From contig OY970314.1 of the NCBI GenBank assembly GCA_963716475.1, positions 138,479-202,478 on the forward strand: 64,000 nucleotides of DNA, given 5' to 3'. Origin of the DNA: Candidatus Woesebacteria bacterium (GTDB taxonomy: Bacteria; Patescibacteriota; Microgenomatia; UBA8517). How positions within the stretch are numbered: position 1 is the first letter of the stretch; the number at the start of each line of letters is the position of its first letter. Shown here in pieces: positions 34,351 through 44,014 of the stretch. A program made the translations under genes and the position numbers. The notes below the pieces were generated by a model. It saw only the letters and a program-made list of their open reading frames with translations, did no database searches and was not told where the DNA came from.

Positions 34351-36309
34351 ATGGATTTAGTAATTGTAGAATCACCAACCAAGGCAAAGACTTTAGGCCG
34401 ATTTCTCGGACCGGAATATGTCGTTGAAGCCACAATGGGTCACATTAAAGACCTTCCCAAGAGCCAACTGGGAATTGATGTCGATAACGATTTTAAACCG
34501 GATTTTATAGAAGTAGAAAAAAAGCTTGACGTTATAAGAAAGATTAGGTCAGAGGGAAAAAAAGCAAAAATAATTTATCTGGCAACAGACCCTGACCGAG
34601 AGGGAGAGGCAATTGCCCAGCATGCCTCAGAGGTGTTGAGGGCAAGCGCTAAAACTAAACGCGTAGCCTTTCATGAAATTACAAAAGAAGCGGTTGATGC
34701 GGCAATAGGCAGTCCACGTGAGGTAGATAAAAATCTGGTAGACGCGCAGATAGCCAGAAGGGTATTGGATCGTCTAGTGGGTTATAAACTTTCTCCGCTT
34801 CTTTGGAAAAAAGTCAGGAGGGGTCTTTCCGCCGGTAGAGTCCAATCGGTTGTGGTCCGTCTCATAGTTGAAAAGGAACGTGAGATTGATGCATTTAAAT
34901 CGGAAGAATACTGGGAAATTTTCTCAACAGTTAAGGAATTAAAAAAATCAAAAGAATTCACAGTCCAATTAATAAATCAGGAAGTAAAAAATAGGCAAAC
35001 AGCTGAAAAGATAACCTCAGAACTTGGGAAGGCAAAATATGCAGTTTCCGATGTGAGGAAAAGAGAGGTCATAAAAAGTCCTTACCCCCCGTTTACAACC
35101 TCGACCATGACTCAGGCTGCTGCCAGAATTTTCGGGTGGTCCTCGAAACGAACAATGTCCATCGCTCAAAAACTTTATGAAGAGGGTCTTATTACATATC
35201 ACAGAACCGATTCATTTAATCTTTCAATTACTGCCGTTAATGCTGTCCGGAATTATATCGGAAAAGAGTTTGGGGAAAAGTATCTGCCGGCGTTGCCAAA
35301 GTTGTATAAAACGCAGTCAAAAGTCGCCCAGGAAGCCCACGAGGCAATCCGCCCGACCAACGTAAATCACAAATTTGAAATATCTGATGATAAATGGGCC
35401 AGGGATGAAGAAACACTTTATAAATTAATTTGGGCAAGATTTGTTGCTTGTCAGATGACGTCTTCAGTTTATGACGAAACAACTATTGACGTTGCCGCAG
35501 GAAGTTATCTGCTACGTGCGGGGGGGCAAGTGATGAAATTTGACGGTTGGAGACGGGTTATTCCGGCTAAACTCGACGCTGAGGGCTCGGTTACCCTTCC
35601 GGAGGTTTCAGCCGGGGAGGGATTGGACCTGGTAAAAAATTGGAGCGAACAAAAATTTACACAACCCCCCGCAAGGTTTAATGAAGCCTCGCTTATTAAA
35701 ACTTTGGAAAAACTTGGGATAGGTCGTCCTTCAACTTATGCACCCACTATTTCGACCATTCAAATCAGAAATTATGTGGAGAAAAATGAGGGCAAGTTTT
35801 CTCCGACCTCGGTAGGCGAGGCGGTTAATGATTTTCTGATTGGGAATTTTCCTGATATTTTTGAGTATGCTTTTACGGCTGAAATGGAAGACAGTTTGGA
35901 TAAGGTTGCCGATGGGAAGCTTCCTTGGGTTAAGGCAATCAAAACTTTTTACGGACCGTTTGAGAAAAAACTGGGTAGTGTTGAGAAAAATGCAAAAAGA
36001 GTCAAGATTGAGGTCGAAAAATTGGGCAAAAAGTGCCCGGAATGCGGGACCGGAGAACTTGTTGTCAGGACCGGGAGATTCGGCAAATTTATTTCCTGTT
36101 CAAGATTTCCTGAGTGTAAATATACGGCTAAATATTTGGAAAAGATAGGAACCAAGTGCCCCGAATGTAAAATCGGGGACGTGATTGTTAAAAAGACGGG
36201 AAAAGGCAGAAAGTTCTTTGGCTGCAGCCGCTACCCCGATTGTAAATGGGCTAGCTGGAGAAATCCCAAGGTTTCAAAAGAGACACAACCGATAGAGCAA
36301 ACTCCATAG
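34351..36309 (+). CDS. topA: DNA topoisomerase I
   Basis: IVESPTKAK, ATDPDREGE, SAGRVQ, ITYHRTD and two Zn ribbons. Confidence 0.97.
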   Translation: MDLVIVESPTKAKTLGRFLGPEYVVEATMGHIKDLPKSQLGIDVDNDFKPDFIEVEKKLDVIRKIRSEGKKAKIIYLATDPDREGEAIAQHASEVLRASAKTKRVAFHEITKEAVDAAIGSPREVDKNLVDAQIARRVLDRLVGYKLSPLLWKKVRRGLSAGRVQSVVVRLIVEKEREIDAFKSEEYWEIFSTVKELKKSKEFTVQLINQEVKNRQTAEKITSELGKAKYAVSDVRKREVIKSPYPPFTTSTMTQAAARIFGWSSKRTMSIAQKLYEEGLITYHRTDSFNLSITAVNAVRNYIGKEFGEKYLPALPKLYKTQSKVAQEAHEAIRPTNVNHKFEISDDKWARDEETLYKLIWARFVACQMTSSVYDETTIDVAAGSYLLRAGGQVMKFDGWRRVIPAKLDAEGSVTLPEVSAGEGLDLVKNWSEQKFTQPPARFNEASLIKTLEKLGIGRPSTYAPTISTIQIRNYVEKNEGKFSPTSVGEAVNDFLIGNFPDIFEYAFTAEMEDSLDKVADGKLPWVKAIKTFYGPFEKKLGSVEKNAKRVKIEVEKLGKKCPECGTGELVVRTGRFGKFISCSRFPECKYTAKYLEKIGTKCPECKIGDVIVKKTGKGRKFFGCSRYPDCKWASWRNPKVSKETQPIEQTP

Positions 36310-36369
36310 CTCTTTGCGTATTGACACGGTACTTAGCCAACTGCTAAAAAGCTTTCAGATATTTCATAA

Positions 36370-38166
36370 ATGAATAAAGATAGACAATACGAGGTTGGGC
36401 AAGCGCCTCTAAATGAAAACTTGGACAGATTCGCACCACCTTATACACCCGAGAAATTTACTCCTGAGGAAACTAAATATTTGGCCCCATTTTTTAGTAA
36501 CACAGATAAACCGGTTTTTGTGGTCCAGCATTTACCTGAAGAGGTAATCGGAGCTCTATCTGCCAAATATAGCCGCGCGACTGAAAGTATGCGTAGAACT
36601 TTTCTAAAGGAGTATGTGGAGCCGATTGTCCACCCTGAAACGCAGACTACCTGGAAAGATCTGGCTTGGGGTGGAAAAGGGCAAGAAACCCAAAAAAAGA
36701 ATACGTTTATGAAATGGGTTAACTTTGTAAATAATAACGGCGGAATGGATGAAGTTGTGAACATTCAAAGAGGCAGGAAATTTTTTGATAAGTGGTTAGT
36801 TGATTTTGGTGATGATTCAATTGCCGAGATGGGTGGAATTCATCTCTGCATCGAGGGGCTTTCGAATGTTGCTACGAAAGAAATTGAAGACCAAAGAATT
36901 GGAATTTCACCGATCGAAAAATCTTCCAGATATGTTTCGTTTGCAGACAGATTGCCTGACGGCAATTATCGGTATGTAGTTCCGGGTGAGATTAAAGGTA
37001 CTTCAAATGAAGAATCATATAGGAAGACCATGGATGAACTTTTTTCAACTTATTCGGAGCTATTGGATCCTTATGCTGAATATATTAAAAATTTATATCC
37101 CAGAGGAACTGACGAGAGTGACGCGTCGTTTGAAAAATCCCGGAAGGCAAAAACTTTCGACGATTTACGAGACCTTTTGCCATTTGCTACGACAACCAAC
37201 CTTGGTTTATACGGCAATGGTAGGTCGTATGAGTATTTAATAAACAGATTTACTGAGCATCCAATTGGTGAAATGCGGTACCTAAGTGACCAAATTGCGC
37301 AGGAATTGGGCCAAGTAACCCCATCGTTTATCAGAAGGATTGATTCCCCCATAGGCAAGGAAATCCAGGCGTATAAAACCGATATTAGAAATCTTCGTGA
37401 TGAACTTTCAGAGGCGCAGTTTAGTATACCCCGCAAATCTAAGAGAGAAGGCTGGTCTAAACTTATCAGTTATACAGGCGAGGGAGAGACAGAAGTCCTG
37501 ACGGCGTTTTTGTTTGGGGGCAAGTCTTCCCCGAGTTTGGAAGAGGTGCGAAGCACTGTTACTGGTTTATCTTCGGAACAAAGGAGGGAAATATTTGGGA
37601 GGATTTTTGCTCAAAGAAGTCTGGGCAAATTAAATCCAAAAAGGGAAGACGTCCGGTTTAAAAAAATGCCAAGGGCTTTTGAAAATTCAAGATATACCTT
37701 TGAAATGTGGGCAAGGGGAGGAGACTACAGGGATCTTCACAGACACAGAATGCTGACCCAGGAGAGGCAAAATTTTACAACCAAGTGGGGGTATGATTTG
37801 GAGAGTGAAGTTCTTGATTCTCCTTTTGCAGAAAGAATTCAAAGTGCCCTCCAGGCAGCAGCACCTGTTTTTGAATCAATCCAGAGAGAGCATCCTGATG
37901 CTGCCCAATACGGAGTTCCTTTTGGATATATACAACATTGGTATATGAATATGAGTGCGAGAGAAATTTATTATATGGGAGAACTCAGAACCGGTCCTCA
38001 GGGAAGGCCTCACTATAGAAAAGTTGTTCAGGAAATGGTTGATCAGGCGGCCGGTGTTCATCCGGATTTATTTAAAGGAATATTTATAGACAGGAATGAC
38101 TACTCACTTGCAAGGAGGGAATCGGAAAAATGGAGCGATAATAAAAGAAAGGAGCTAGGAGTTTAA
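36370..38166 (+). CDS. thyX: Flavin-dependent thymidylate synthase, tandem-domain type
   Basis: GDDSIAE and EKSSRY in domain 1; FE and RDLHRHR..TQERQ in domain 2; ELRT..QG...YR. Confidence 0.88.
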   Translation: MNKDRQYEVGQAPLNENLDRFAPPYTPEKFTPEETKYLAPFFSNTDKPVFVVQHLPEEVIGALSAKYSRATESMRRTFLKEYVEPIVHPETQTTWKDLAWGGKGQETQKKNTFMKWVNFVNNNGGMDEVVNIQRGRKFFDKWLVDFGDDSIAEMGGIHLCIEGLSNVATKEIEDQRIGISPIEKSSRYVSFADRLPDGNYRYVVPGEIKGTSNEESYRKTMDELFSTYSELLDPYAEYIKNLYPRGTDESDASFEKSRKAKTFDDLRDLLPFATTTNLGLYGNGRSYEYLINRFTEHPIGEMRYLSDQIAQELGQVTPSFIRRIDSPIGKEIQAYKTDIRNLRDELSEAQFSIPRKSKREGWSKLISYTGEGETEVLTAFLFGGKSSPSLEEVRSTVTGLSSEQRREIFGRIFAQRSLGKLNPKREDVRFKKMPRAFENSRYTFEMWARGGDYRDLHRHRMLTQERQNFTTKWGYDLESEVLDSPFAERIQSALQAAAPVFESIQREHPDAAQYGVPFGYIQHWYMNMSAREIYYMGELRTGPQGRPHYRKVVQEMVDQAAGVHPDLFKGIFIDRNDYSLARRESEKWSDNKRKELGV

Positions 38167-38169
38167 CCT

Positions 38170-38988
38170 ATGCGGGAAAGAAATACAGATGAGAAAGAAA
38201 GATTACCACGGAGATATCCTTTTATTGCAGTTGTCGGGCCGGTTGGAGTTGGAAAAACTACTTTTACTGAACTTTTGACGAATGGTACAGGTGCCACTAA
38301 ACTTCAGGAACCCTATCTGGATAATCCATATCTTAAATATTTTTATACTAAAGACCCTATCGATTTTAGTTTTGACAGTCAAATGTTTTTTTTGGCAAAT
38401 GATGGCCTTTCGGCTAGAAGAATTCCCGAGTTCTCAAAGCGTGGCCCCGTGTTTAAAGATGCCGGGAGGGAAATGAACTCCATTATTGAAAGAGTCCAAT
38501 GGAAAATGGGATGGATAAAGGATGATGACCATGAGAGATATATTTCTGCCGGCAATAATGCTTATAAAGACTGCCTGAAACCCGATGTACATATTGCTTT
38601 GAAGGCAAAAGAAGAAACTGTTATAAGAAGAATTTTGGAAAGAGGAGCCAAAGAGAAAGGAAGGGAGATGGAACTTGCGATGCACAAGAAATATCCAAAA
38701 TATTTTCCAACATTGGTTACGGAGTTTAATAGTTGGTTAGAAGAAAAACAGAGAGACTGCAACAGCTGCGTTACTGTGATAGATACCGATAAATTTGATT
38801 TCGCTCGGGATGGTAGTCAAATGGAAGAAGTAGTTACCGAAGCAAAAAACTGGCTGAGTTATTACATATCGAATCCGAATCAGAGAAACCAAGTTGGTTC
38901 GGATGGGGCAAAATTAATAATGCCGGACTCTTTTACAACGCGACCGCATATTATTGATCGTGTACCTGGGGTAAAAATAGATTATTAG
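38170..38988 (+). CDS. Deoxynucleoside kinase-like protein
   Basis: GPVGVGKTT, EP..NPYL..FY, QMFFL and PD..I.L...RI..RG. Confidence 0.8.
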   Translation: MRERNTDEKERLPRRYPFIAVVGPVGVGKTTFTELLTNGTGATKLQEPYLDNPYLKYFYTKDPIDFSFDSQMFFLANDGLSARRIPEFSKRGPVFKDAGREMNSIIERVQWKMGWIKDDDHERYISAGNNAYKDCLKPDVHIALKAKEETVIRRILERGAKEKGREMELAMHKKYPKYFPTLVTEFNSWLEEKQRDCNSCVTVIDTDKFDFARDGSQMEEVVTEAKNWLSYYISNPNQRNQVGSDGAKLIMPDSFTTRPHIIDRVPGVKIDY

Positions 38989-39000
38989 TTAGTTTAGAAA

Positions 39001-39627
39001 ATGAAGGAAAGAGGAAAATTTGTAGTTGTAACGGGTGGTGTTGGATGTGGAAAAACAACGCAGCTTGGCTGTCTTGGAGAAATGCTTGGTAATGAATCGT
39101 GGTTTTATACCCGAGAACCCGGTGGAACAAAATTTGGTGAAAAGTTAAGGTATGTTGTTCAAGACGAAAAAGACCCTGATACAAAGATTGATCCTTATGC
39201 GTCACTTTTGACATATAGTGCGTCAAGAGCGAATCTTATCAGAGGAGTAGTAATTCCGAAAATTAATGAAGGTGTCAATGTTTTACAGGACCGTTATTGG
39301 TACGCCACGTATGCTTATCAAGGAGCAGAAGGGGTTTCCAAACCAATTATTTGGCTGGTAAGTATGATTGCTACCAACATGTTAAAACCGGATTTGGTAA
39401 TTCATTACGATTTATTGCCGGAGATAGGAATGGCTAGGAAATCCGGCAGAACTGACTCTGACAGATATGATGAAATGAAACTCGAATTTCACAAAAAAGT
39501 CAGGAATAATTACCTCCAGCTTAAAAAATTGTACCCGGGAATATGGAGAACTATTGATGCCTCAAAACCTATAGATGCCGTATTTGAGGAAACCAAGCAA
39601 GTTCTCGGAAAATTCGATATAATTTAG
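39001..39627 (+). CDS. tmk: Thymidylate kinase
   Basis: P-loop GCGKTTQ, REPGG, DRY..AYQG and PDL. Confidence 0.92.
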   Translation: MKERGKFVVVTGGVGCGKTTQLGCLGEMLGNESWFYTREPGGTKFGEKLRYVVQDEKDPDTKIDPYASLLTYSASRANLIRGVVIPKINEGVNVLQDRYWYATYAYQGAEGVSKPIIWLVSMIATNMLKPDLVIHYDLLPEIGMARKSGRTDSDRYDEMKLEFHKKVRNNYLQLKKLYPGIWRTIDASKPIDAVFEETKQVLGKFDII

Positions 39628-39629
39628 GC

Positions 39630-40508
39630 ATGCAGAAAATTCTTGAGTGCGTGCCGAACTTCAGCGAGGGGCGTGATCTTAAAGTAATTAATGCGATTTT
39701 TGATGCGGCAAAATCCGTAAAATCGGTTAAAGTTTTTGAGCTTGAATACAACAAAGACCACAATCGTTGTTTGTTCACAATAGTGGGCGAGCCGGAGGAG
39801 GTTTTAAATTCTGTTTTTGAATCCATAAAAGTTGCCACAAAGTTAATCGATATGGAAAAGCATTCGGGTGAGCATCCCAGAATTGGCGCTACCGACGTGG
39901 TTCCTTTCGTCCCCGTTTCAGGAGTAACAATGGAGGAATGTGTAGAATTAGCCAAAAGATTGGGCAAAACGGTAGGTGAGGAATTGGATATTCCCGTATT
40001 TCTTTATGAAGAAGCGGCAACGAAACCCGAAAACCGCAATTTGGCCGATGTCAGAAAAGGTGAATATGAGGGTTTAAAAATTAAAATGAAAAAGGCGGAT
40101 TTTGGCCCGGAAAAAACGCATTCTACTGCCGGCGCAATGGTTATCGGAGCCAGGAAATATTTAGTTGCTTTCAATGTAAATCTGGATACGCCCGACCTCG
40201 AAATTGCCAAAAAAATTGCAGGAATAGTCCGTGAGAAAAACGGCGGCTTACCGGCGGTTAAAGCCTTGGGATTTGAAGTTGACGGGTTGGCACAGGTTTC
40301 GATGAATCTGGTCGACTATCAAAAAACCAATTTCGATGAAGCCTACCGCGCGGTCGAGGCAGAGGCAGCAAAATTGGGAGTTAAGATCAAAAGTTCGGAA
40401 ATTTATGGTATGATTCCTCTCGAGTCGATGGTGGCGGCTGTAAAATCTACCTTTAAAGCGGACACTTTTAAATCCGATCAAATTCTTGAAAAAAGACTAT
40501 ACGAATGA
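39630..40508 (+). CDS. Glutamate formiminotransferase
   Basis: ECVPNFSEGR, DHNR, HPRIGATDVVPF and QVSMNL. Confidence 0.93.
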   Translation: MQKILECVPNFSEGRDLKVINAIFDAAKSVKSVKVFELEYNKDHNRCLFTIVGEPEEVLNSVFESIKVATKLIDMEKHSGEHPRIGATDVVPFVPVSGVTMEECVELAKRLGKTVGEELDIPVFLYEEAATKPENRNLADVRKGEYEGLKIKMKKADFGPEKTHSTAGAMVIGARKYLVAFNVNLDTPDLEIAKKIAGIVREKNGGLPAVKALGFEVDGLAQVSMNLVDYQKTNFDEAYRAVEAEAAKLGVKIKSSEIYGMIPLESMVAAVKSTFKADTFKSDQILEKRLYE

Positions 40509-41017
40509 AAATACAAAATCAAAAAATATCAGACTTTTTGGATAGTGTTGCCTCAAAAGCACCAACCCCAGGGGGTGGAGCGGTTGCGGCAGTAACCGGT
40601 GCTTTGGCGGCGTCCCTTGTGGAAATGGTTTGCAACCTAACCATCGGTAAAAAAAGCTACCCCGATGTGCAGGATGAAATGATAAGAGTTGCAGAAAGAG
40701 CCAGTGAGCTGTCTCAAGAACTCTTAGATTTAAGCGATAAGGACTCTGAAGCCTTTGAAAAGGTAATGGAGGCGGGGAATGGTGAAGATAAAGCTAAAAT
40801 TAAAGCGGCTCTTTTGACTGCAATTGAGGTTCCCCAAAAGGTTGCAGAGCTTTGCGAGAATGTGCGTGAATTGGCGGATATCGTGGCTGAATTGGGAAAT
40901 AAAAATGCACACTCGGACGCAATGAGCGCGGAACACCTGGCCTTTGCAGGTGTCCAGGCCGCCCTGGAGAATGTAGAGATAAATAAGCGAAGCTTGCTTC
41001 TCGTGAACTCGAAGTAA
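40505..41017 (+). CDS. Formimino-THF cyclodeaminase / methenyl-THF cyclohydrolase (FTCD_C, FchA-like)
   Basis: ASKAPTPGGG, MV.NLT.GKK, GN.NA.SD and NV.IN. Confidence 0.9.
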   Translation: MKIQNQKISDFLDSVASKAPTPGGGAVAAVTGALAASLVEMVCNLTIGKKSYPDVQDEMIRVAERASELSQELLDLSDKDSEAFEKVMEAGNGEDKAKIKAALLTAIEVPQKVAELCENVRELADIVAELGNKNAHSDAMSAEHLAFAGVQAALENVEINKRSLLLVNSK

Positions 41018-41056
41018 GCGTAGCTTGGCACTGCTCGGAGCATTGTAAAAAGATGC

Positions 41057-41140
41057 TTGCGAAACTGGGTCAGGCTTGATAAAATACCCATTACACACGC
41101 AGGTCACGTTTCCTGGACCTTCCGATCTGCGGCGGTATAA
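41057..41140 (+). promoter_or_regulatory. rpsB promoter and S2 (t44-like) leader
   Basis: TTGCGA-17-TAAAAT, then ACACAC-GCAG...CTGC-GGCGGTATAA resembling the t44/S2-leader ends. Confidence 0.65.
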
Positions 41141-41155
41141 GGAAATGGCAATATT

Positions 41156-41863
41156 ATGATCAAGGTATCATTAGATCAATTACTGGATAGCGGTGCCCAT
41201 TTCGGGCATCAAACCAGACGATGGAATCCCAAAATGGAGGAGTATCTCTATGGCCAGGAAAACGGGGTTCATATTTTTGATTTGACTAAGGTAAAACCCC
41301 TAATTGAGGAAGCTTTGGGATTTTTGACCAGGTCTGTTAAAGAAGGGAAAACCATTCTGATTCTAGGAACAAAAAAACAGGTCAAGGATAAGGTCGCCGA
41401 AGTTGCCGAAAGGGTAGGCGTTCCTTATGTTAATGAGAGGTGGCTTGGTGGGACAATCTCCAATTTTGAACAAATGAGAAGGTCTCTGAAAAAGATGGAG
41501 GAAATGAAGACCAATATGACCTCAGGCTTCTATAACAAGTATACAAAGAAAGAAAGACTACTTATTGACAGGGAAATTGCACGTCTTGAGAGATTCTTCG
41601 GTGGGATCGAAAATCTAACCAACGTTCCGGATGTGCTTTTTGTTGTCGATACCAAAAGAGAAGCCGGGGCTGTTCATGAAGCCAACGTCAGGAAAGTCCC
41701 CGTCGTGGGAATAGTCGACAGCAACTCCGACCCGGATGTTATTGATTACCCAATACCTATGAATGATGATGCAAGTAAGGCCCTTGAATACATATTAGAC
41801 TTAGTTGGTCAAGCCATTGAAGAGGGAAAGACCAAGGTTAAAAAGGTAGAAACTGTAAAATAA
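41156..41863 (+). CDS. rpsB: 30S ribosomal protein uS2
   Basis: GAHFGH..RRWNPKM, RWLGG and PIPMNDD. Confidence 0.98.
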   Translation: MIKVSLDQLLDSGAHFGHQTRRWNPKMEEYLYGQENGVHIFDLTKVKPLIEEALGFLTRSVKEGKTILILGTKKQVKDKVAEVAERVGVPYVNERWLGGTISNFEQMRRSLKKMEEMKTNMTSGFYNKYTKKERLLIDREIARLERFFGGIENLTNVPDVLFVVDTKREAGAVHEANVRKVPVVGIVDSNSDPDVIDYPIPMNDDASKALEYILDLVGQAIEEGKTKVKKVETVK

Positions 41864-41864
41864 A

Positions 41865-42317
41865 ATGAAAAAAATTGATATAGCACTAATCAAAAAACTC
41901 CGCGAGGAAACCGGCGTGGCAATAATCAGAATTCGGGAAGTTCTTGAAGAGGTTGGCGGCAGTGAGAAAAAAGCTTTAGTAATTCTGAAAAAAGAAGGAG
42001 TTGAAAAAGCGGCTAAGCGGGAGGGCAGGGTGACTACAGAAGGTAAAGTTTTTGTTTATGCACACCACACAGGAAAAATTGTCGGAGTAGTTGAGCTCCT
42101 TTGCGAAACGGATTTTGTAGCCAAAAACGAACTTTTTGAAACACTAGGCCGCGATATTGCGATGCAGGTGGCCTCTATGGGAGACGAAAAGCTTACCGAC
42201 CAGGAATTTATTAAAGATCCTTCTAAAAAAATCAGCGATCTCATTAAGGAGGTTATTGCCAAAACCGGAGAAAACGTTCGCATTGGAAGAGTTTTTCGTA
42301 TAGAATTGGGGAAGTGA
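41865..42317 (+). CDS. tsf: Elongation factor Ts (short form)
   Basis: IKKLREETG, CETDFVA and GENV.I.R; only 150 aa. Confidence 0.95.
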   Translation: MKKIDIALIKKLREETGVAIIRIREVLEEVGGSEKKALVILKKEGVEKAAKREGRVTTEGKVFVYAHHTGKIVGVVELLCETDFVAKNELFETLGRDIAMQVASMGDEKLTDQEFIKDPSKKISDLIKEVIAKTGENVRIGRVFRIELGK

Positions 42318-42871
42318 TGGATGAATCGATGGTTCGATCCAAAATGCAATCTTCATTGGATGTTGTGGGTGCCGATATTGCCGGAATCAGAACGGGGCGG
42401 GCAACCCCTTCCTTAGTTGAAAATATTATTTGTCCTGCATATGGAGGAACCCAAAGACTTAAAGTAGTAGAACTGGCAACTATCACCGCGCCGGATCCAT
42501 CACAAATCATAATTAACCCATGGGACAAATCAATCATCGGAGATATCAGAAAGGGGATAACGGAGGCAAATATAGGTATGAATCCTTCTATTGATGGCGA
42601 AATAATAAGAATAACCATGCCCCCTTTGACAACGGAAGACAGGGAAAAGTACGTAAAGCTTCTATCGACGAAACTTGAAAGCGGCAAGGTTATCATTCGT
42701 CAGGTACGCGCCGACGAAATGCATGAGATTAAGAAAAAGTTTGAGGCTAAAGAAATGACTGAGGATGAGAAGTTTGCCAATGAAAAAAAGCTCCAGGAAA
42801 TTACTGATGAATTTGTCGGTAAAATTGAAGAAATGGGGGAAAAGAAGAAACTGGAGCTACTTCAGATCTGA
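42317..42871 (+). CDS. frr: Ribosome recycling factor
   Basis: IRTGRA.P, PWDKS, PPLT.E.R and LQEITD. Confidence 0.97.
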   Translation: MDESMVRSKMQSSLDVVGADIAGIRTGRATPSLVENIICPAYGGTQRLKVVELATITAPDPSQIIINPWDKSIIGDIRKGITEANIGMNPSIDGEIIRITMPPLTTEDREKYVKLLSTKLESGKVIIRQVRADEMHEIKKKFEAKEMTEDEKFANEKKLQEITDEFVGKIEEMGEKKKLELLQI

Positions 42872-42883
42872 TATACTCTTATC

Positions 42884-43996
42884 ATGATTGTCTCAATCTT
42901 GATCTTTATTTTGGTTCTTTCAATCCTGGTTTTAGTGCATGAGCTGGGCCACTTTATTGTTGCGAAACGAGCCGGGGTTAGAGTAGAAGAATTTGGTTTC
43001 GGTATTCCACCCCGCCTTATAGGTAAAAAGATTGGAGAGACAATTTATTCTATTAATGCACTTCCTTTCGGCGGGTTTGTCCGCTTGCATGGGGAGACTG
43101 ATGAAGAGGGAATTACGGATCCGAAACGTGCATTTTTAAATAAAAGTAAAAAAGCAAGAGCACTTATCGTTATTGCCGGGGTTATCATGAACTTTATTCT
43201 GGCAATTGTGGCTTTTGCAGTTGTATATTCATTTTCCGGGATTCCCAGGGACACGGGGAAACTTAAGGTTATCGATGTAACTGCGGGATCTCCCGCACAG
43301 GTTGCCGGAATGGTTGTGGGGGATGTTATTACTAAGGTTGGGAATAGCCCGATTACTTCAGCGGATGATTTTATAAGTAAGACTGCTGCATTAAAAGGAA
43401 AGAAAACTGTTTTTGAAATTCAAAGGTCCTCCGGAAGCCAGGTATCAACAGTTGAAGTTACTTTGACTCCGAGAGAAAATCCCCCTACAGGTGAAGGGCC
43501 TATCGGCGTGACCATAACGACAATGGAGATTTATTACCCGCCTATTTGGCAACGTCCTTTTTACGGAATTTACTACGGGTTCAAGGATGCCCTTTTTTGG
43601 GGTCAGACGATAGTTTTAGGTCTCGTCGGTCTTTTTGGAGGTCTTTTAAAAGGCCAGATTCCTCAGGATGTTTCCGGGCCTGTCGGAATTTTTGCAGTGA
43701 CCACCGAAGCTGCCAAAAGCGGGATTCTAACGCTAATCAATTTTGTAGGAATTCTTTCCGTGAATCTCGCGATACTTAATATCCTTCCTTTTCCGGCTCT
43801 TGATGGGGGCAGACTTCTTTTTGTCGGAATAGAATCGATAACAGGCAGAAAAGTTTCCCCGAAAGTTGAAGGTGCAATTCATAATATCGGGATGATTATT
43901 TTACTTACGCTCCTTTTGGCAATAACAATCGGGGATGTTCGCAAATTGATTACATTTGGCGGCATTCAGGGATTTATCAATTCGATGGTGAAATAA
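42884..43996 (+). CDS. rseP: RIP metalloprotease RseP (M50 plus PDZ)
   Basis: HELGH, PFGGFV, a PDZ domain and NILPFPALDGG. Confidence 0.93.
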   Translation: MIVSILIFILVLSILVLVHELGHFIVAKRAGVRVEEFGFGIPPRLIGKKIGETIYSINALPFGGFVRLHGETDEEGITDPKRAFLNKSKKARALIVIAGVIMNFILAIVAFAVVYSFSGIPRDTGKLKVIDVTAGSPAQVAGMVVGDVITKVGNSPITSADDFISKTAALKGKKTVFEIQRSSGSQVSTVEVTLTPRENPPTGEGPIGVTITTMEIYYPPIWQRPFYGIYYGFKDALFWGQTIVLGLVGLFGGLLKGQIPQDVSGPVGIFAVTTEAAKSGILTLINFVGILSVNLAILNILPFPALDGGRLLFVGIESITGRKVSPKVEGAIHNIGMIILLTLLLAITIGDVRKLITFGGIQGFINSMVK

Positions 43997-44014
43997 ATGT
44001 TACAATAGCTTCGT

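Noticed and set aside
34325-34372. ATGAACAATTGTAGAA upstream of topA, resembling a ghost of the topA start or the dprA end
   Set aside because: The match is short and AT-rich, so it cannot be distinguished from chance.
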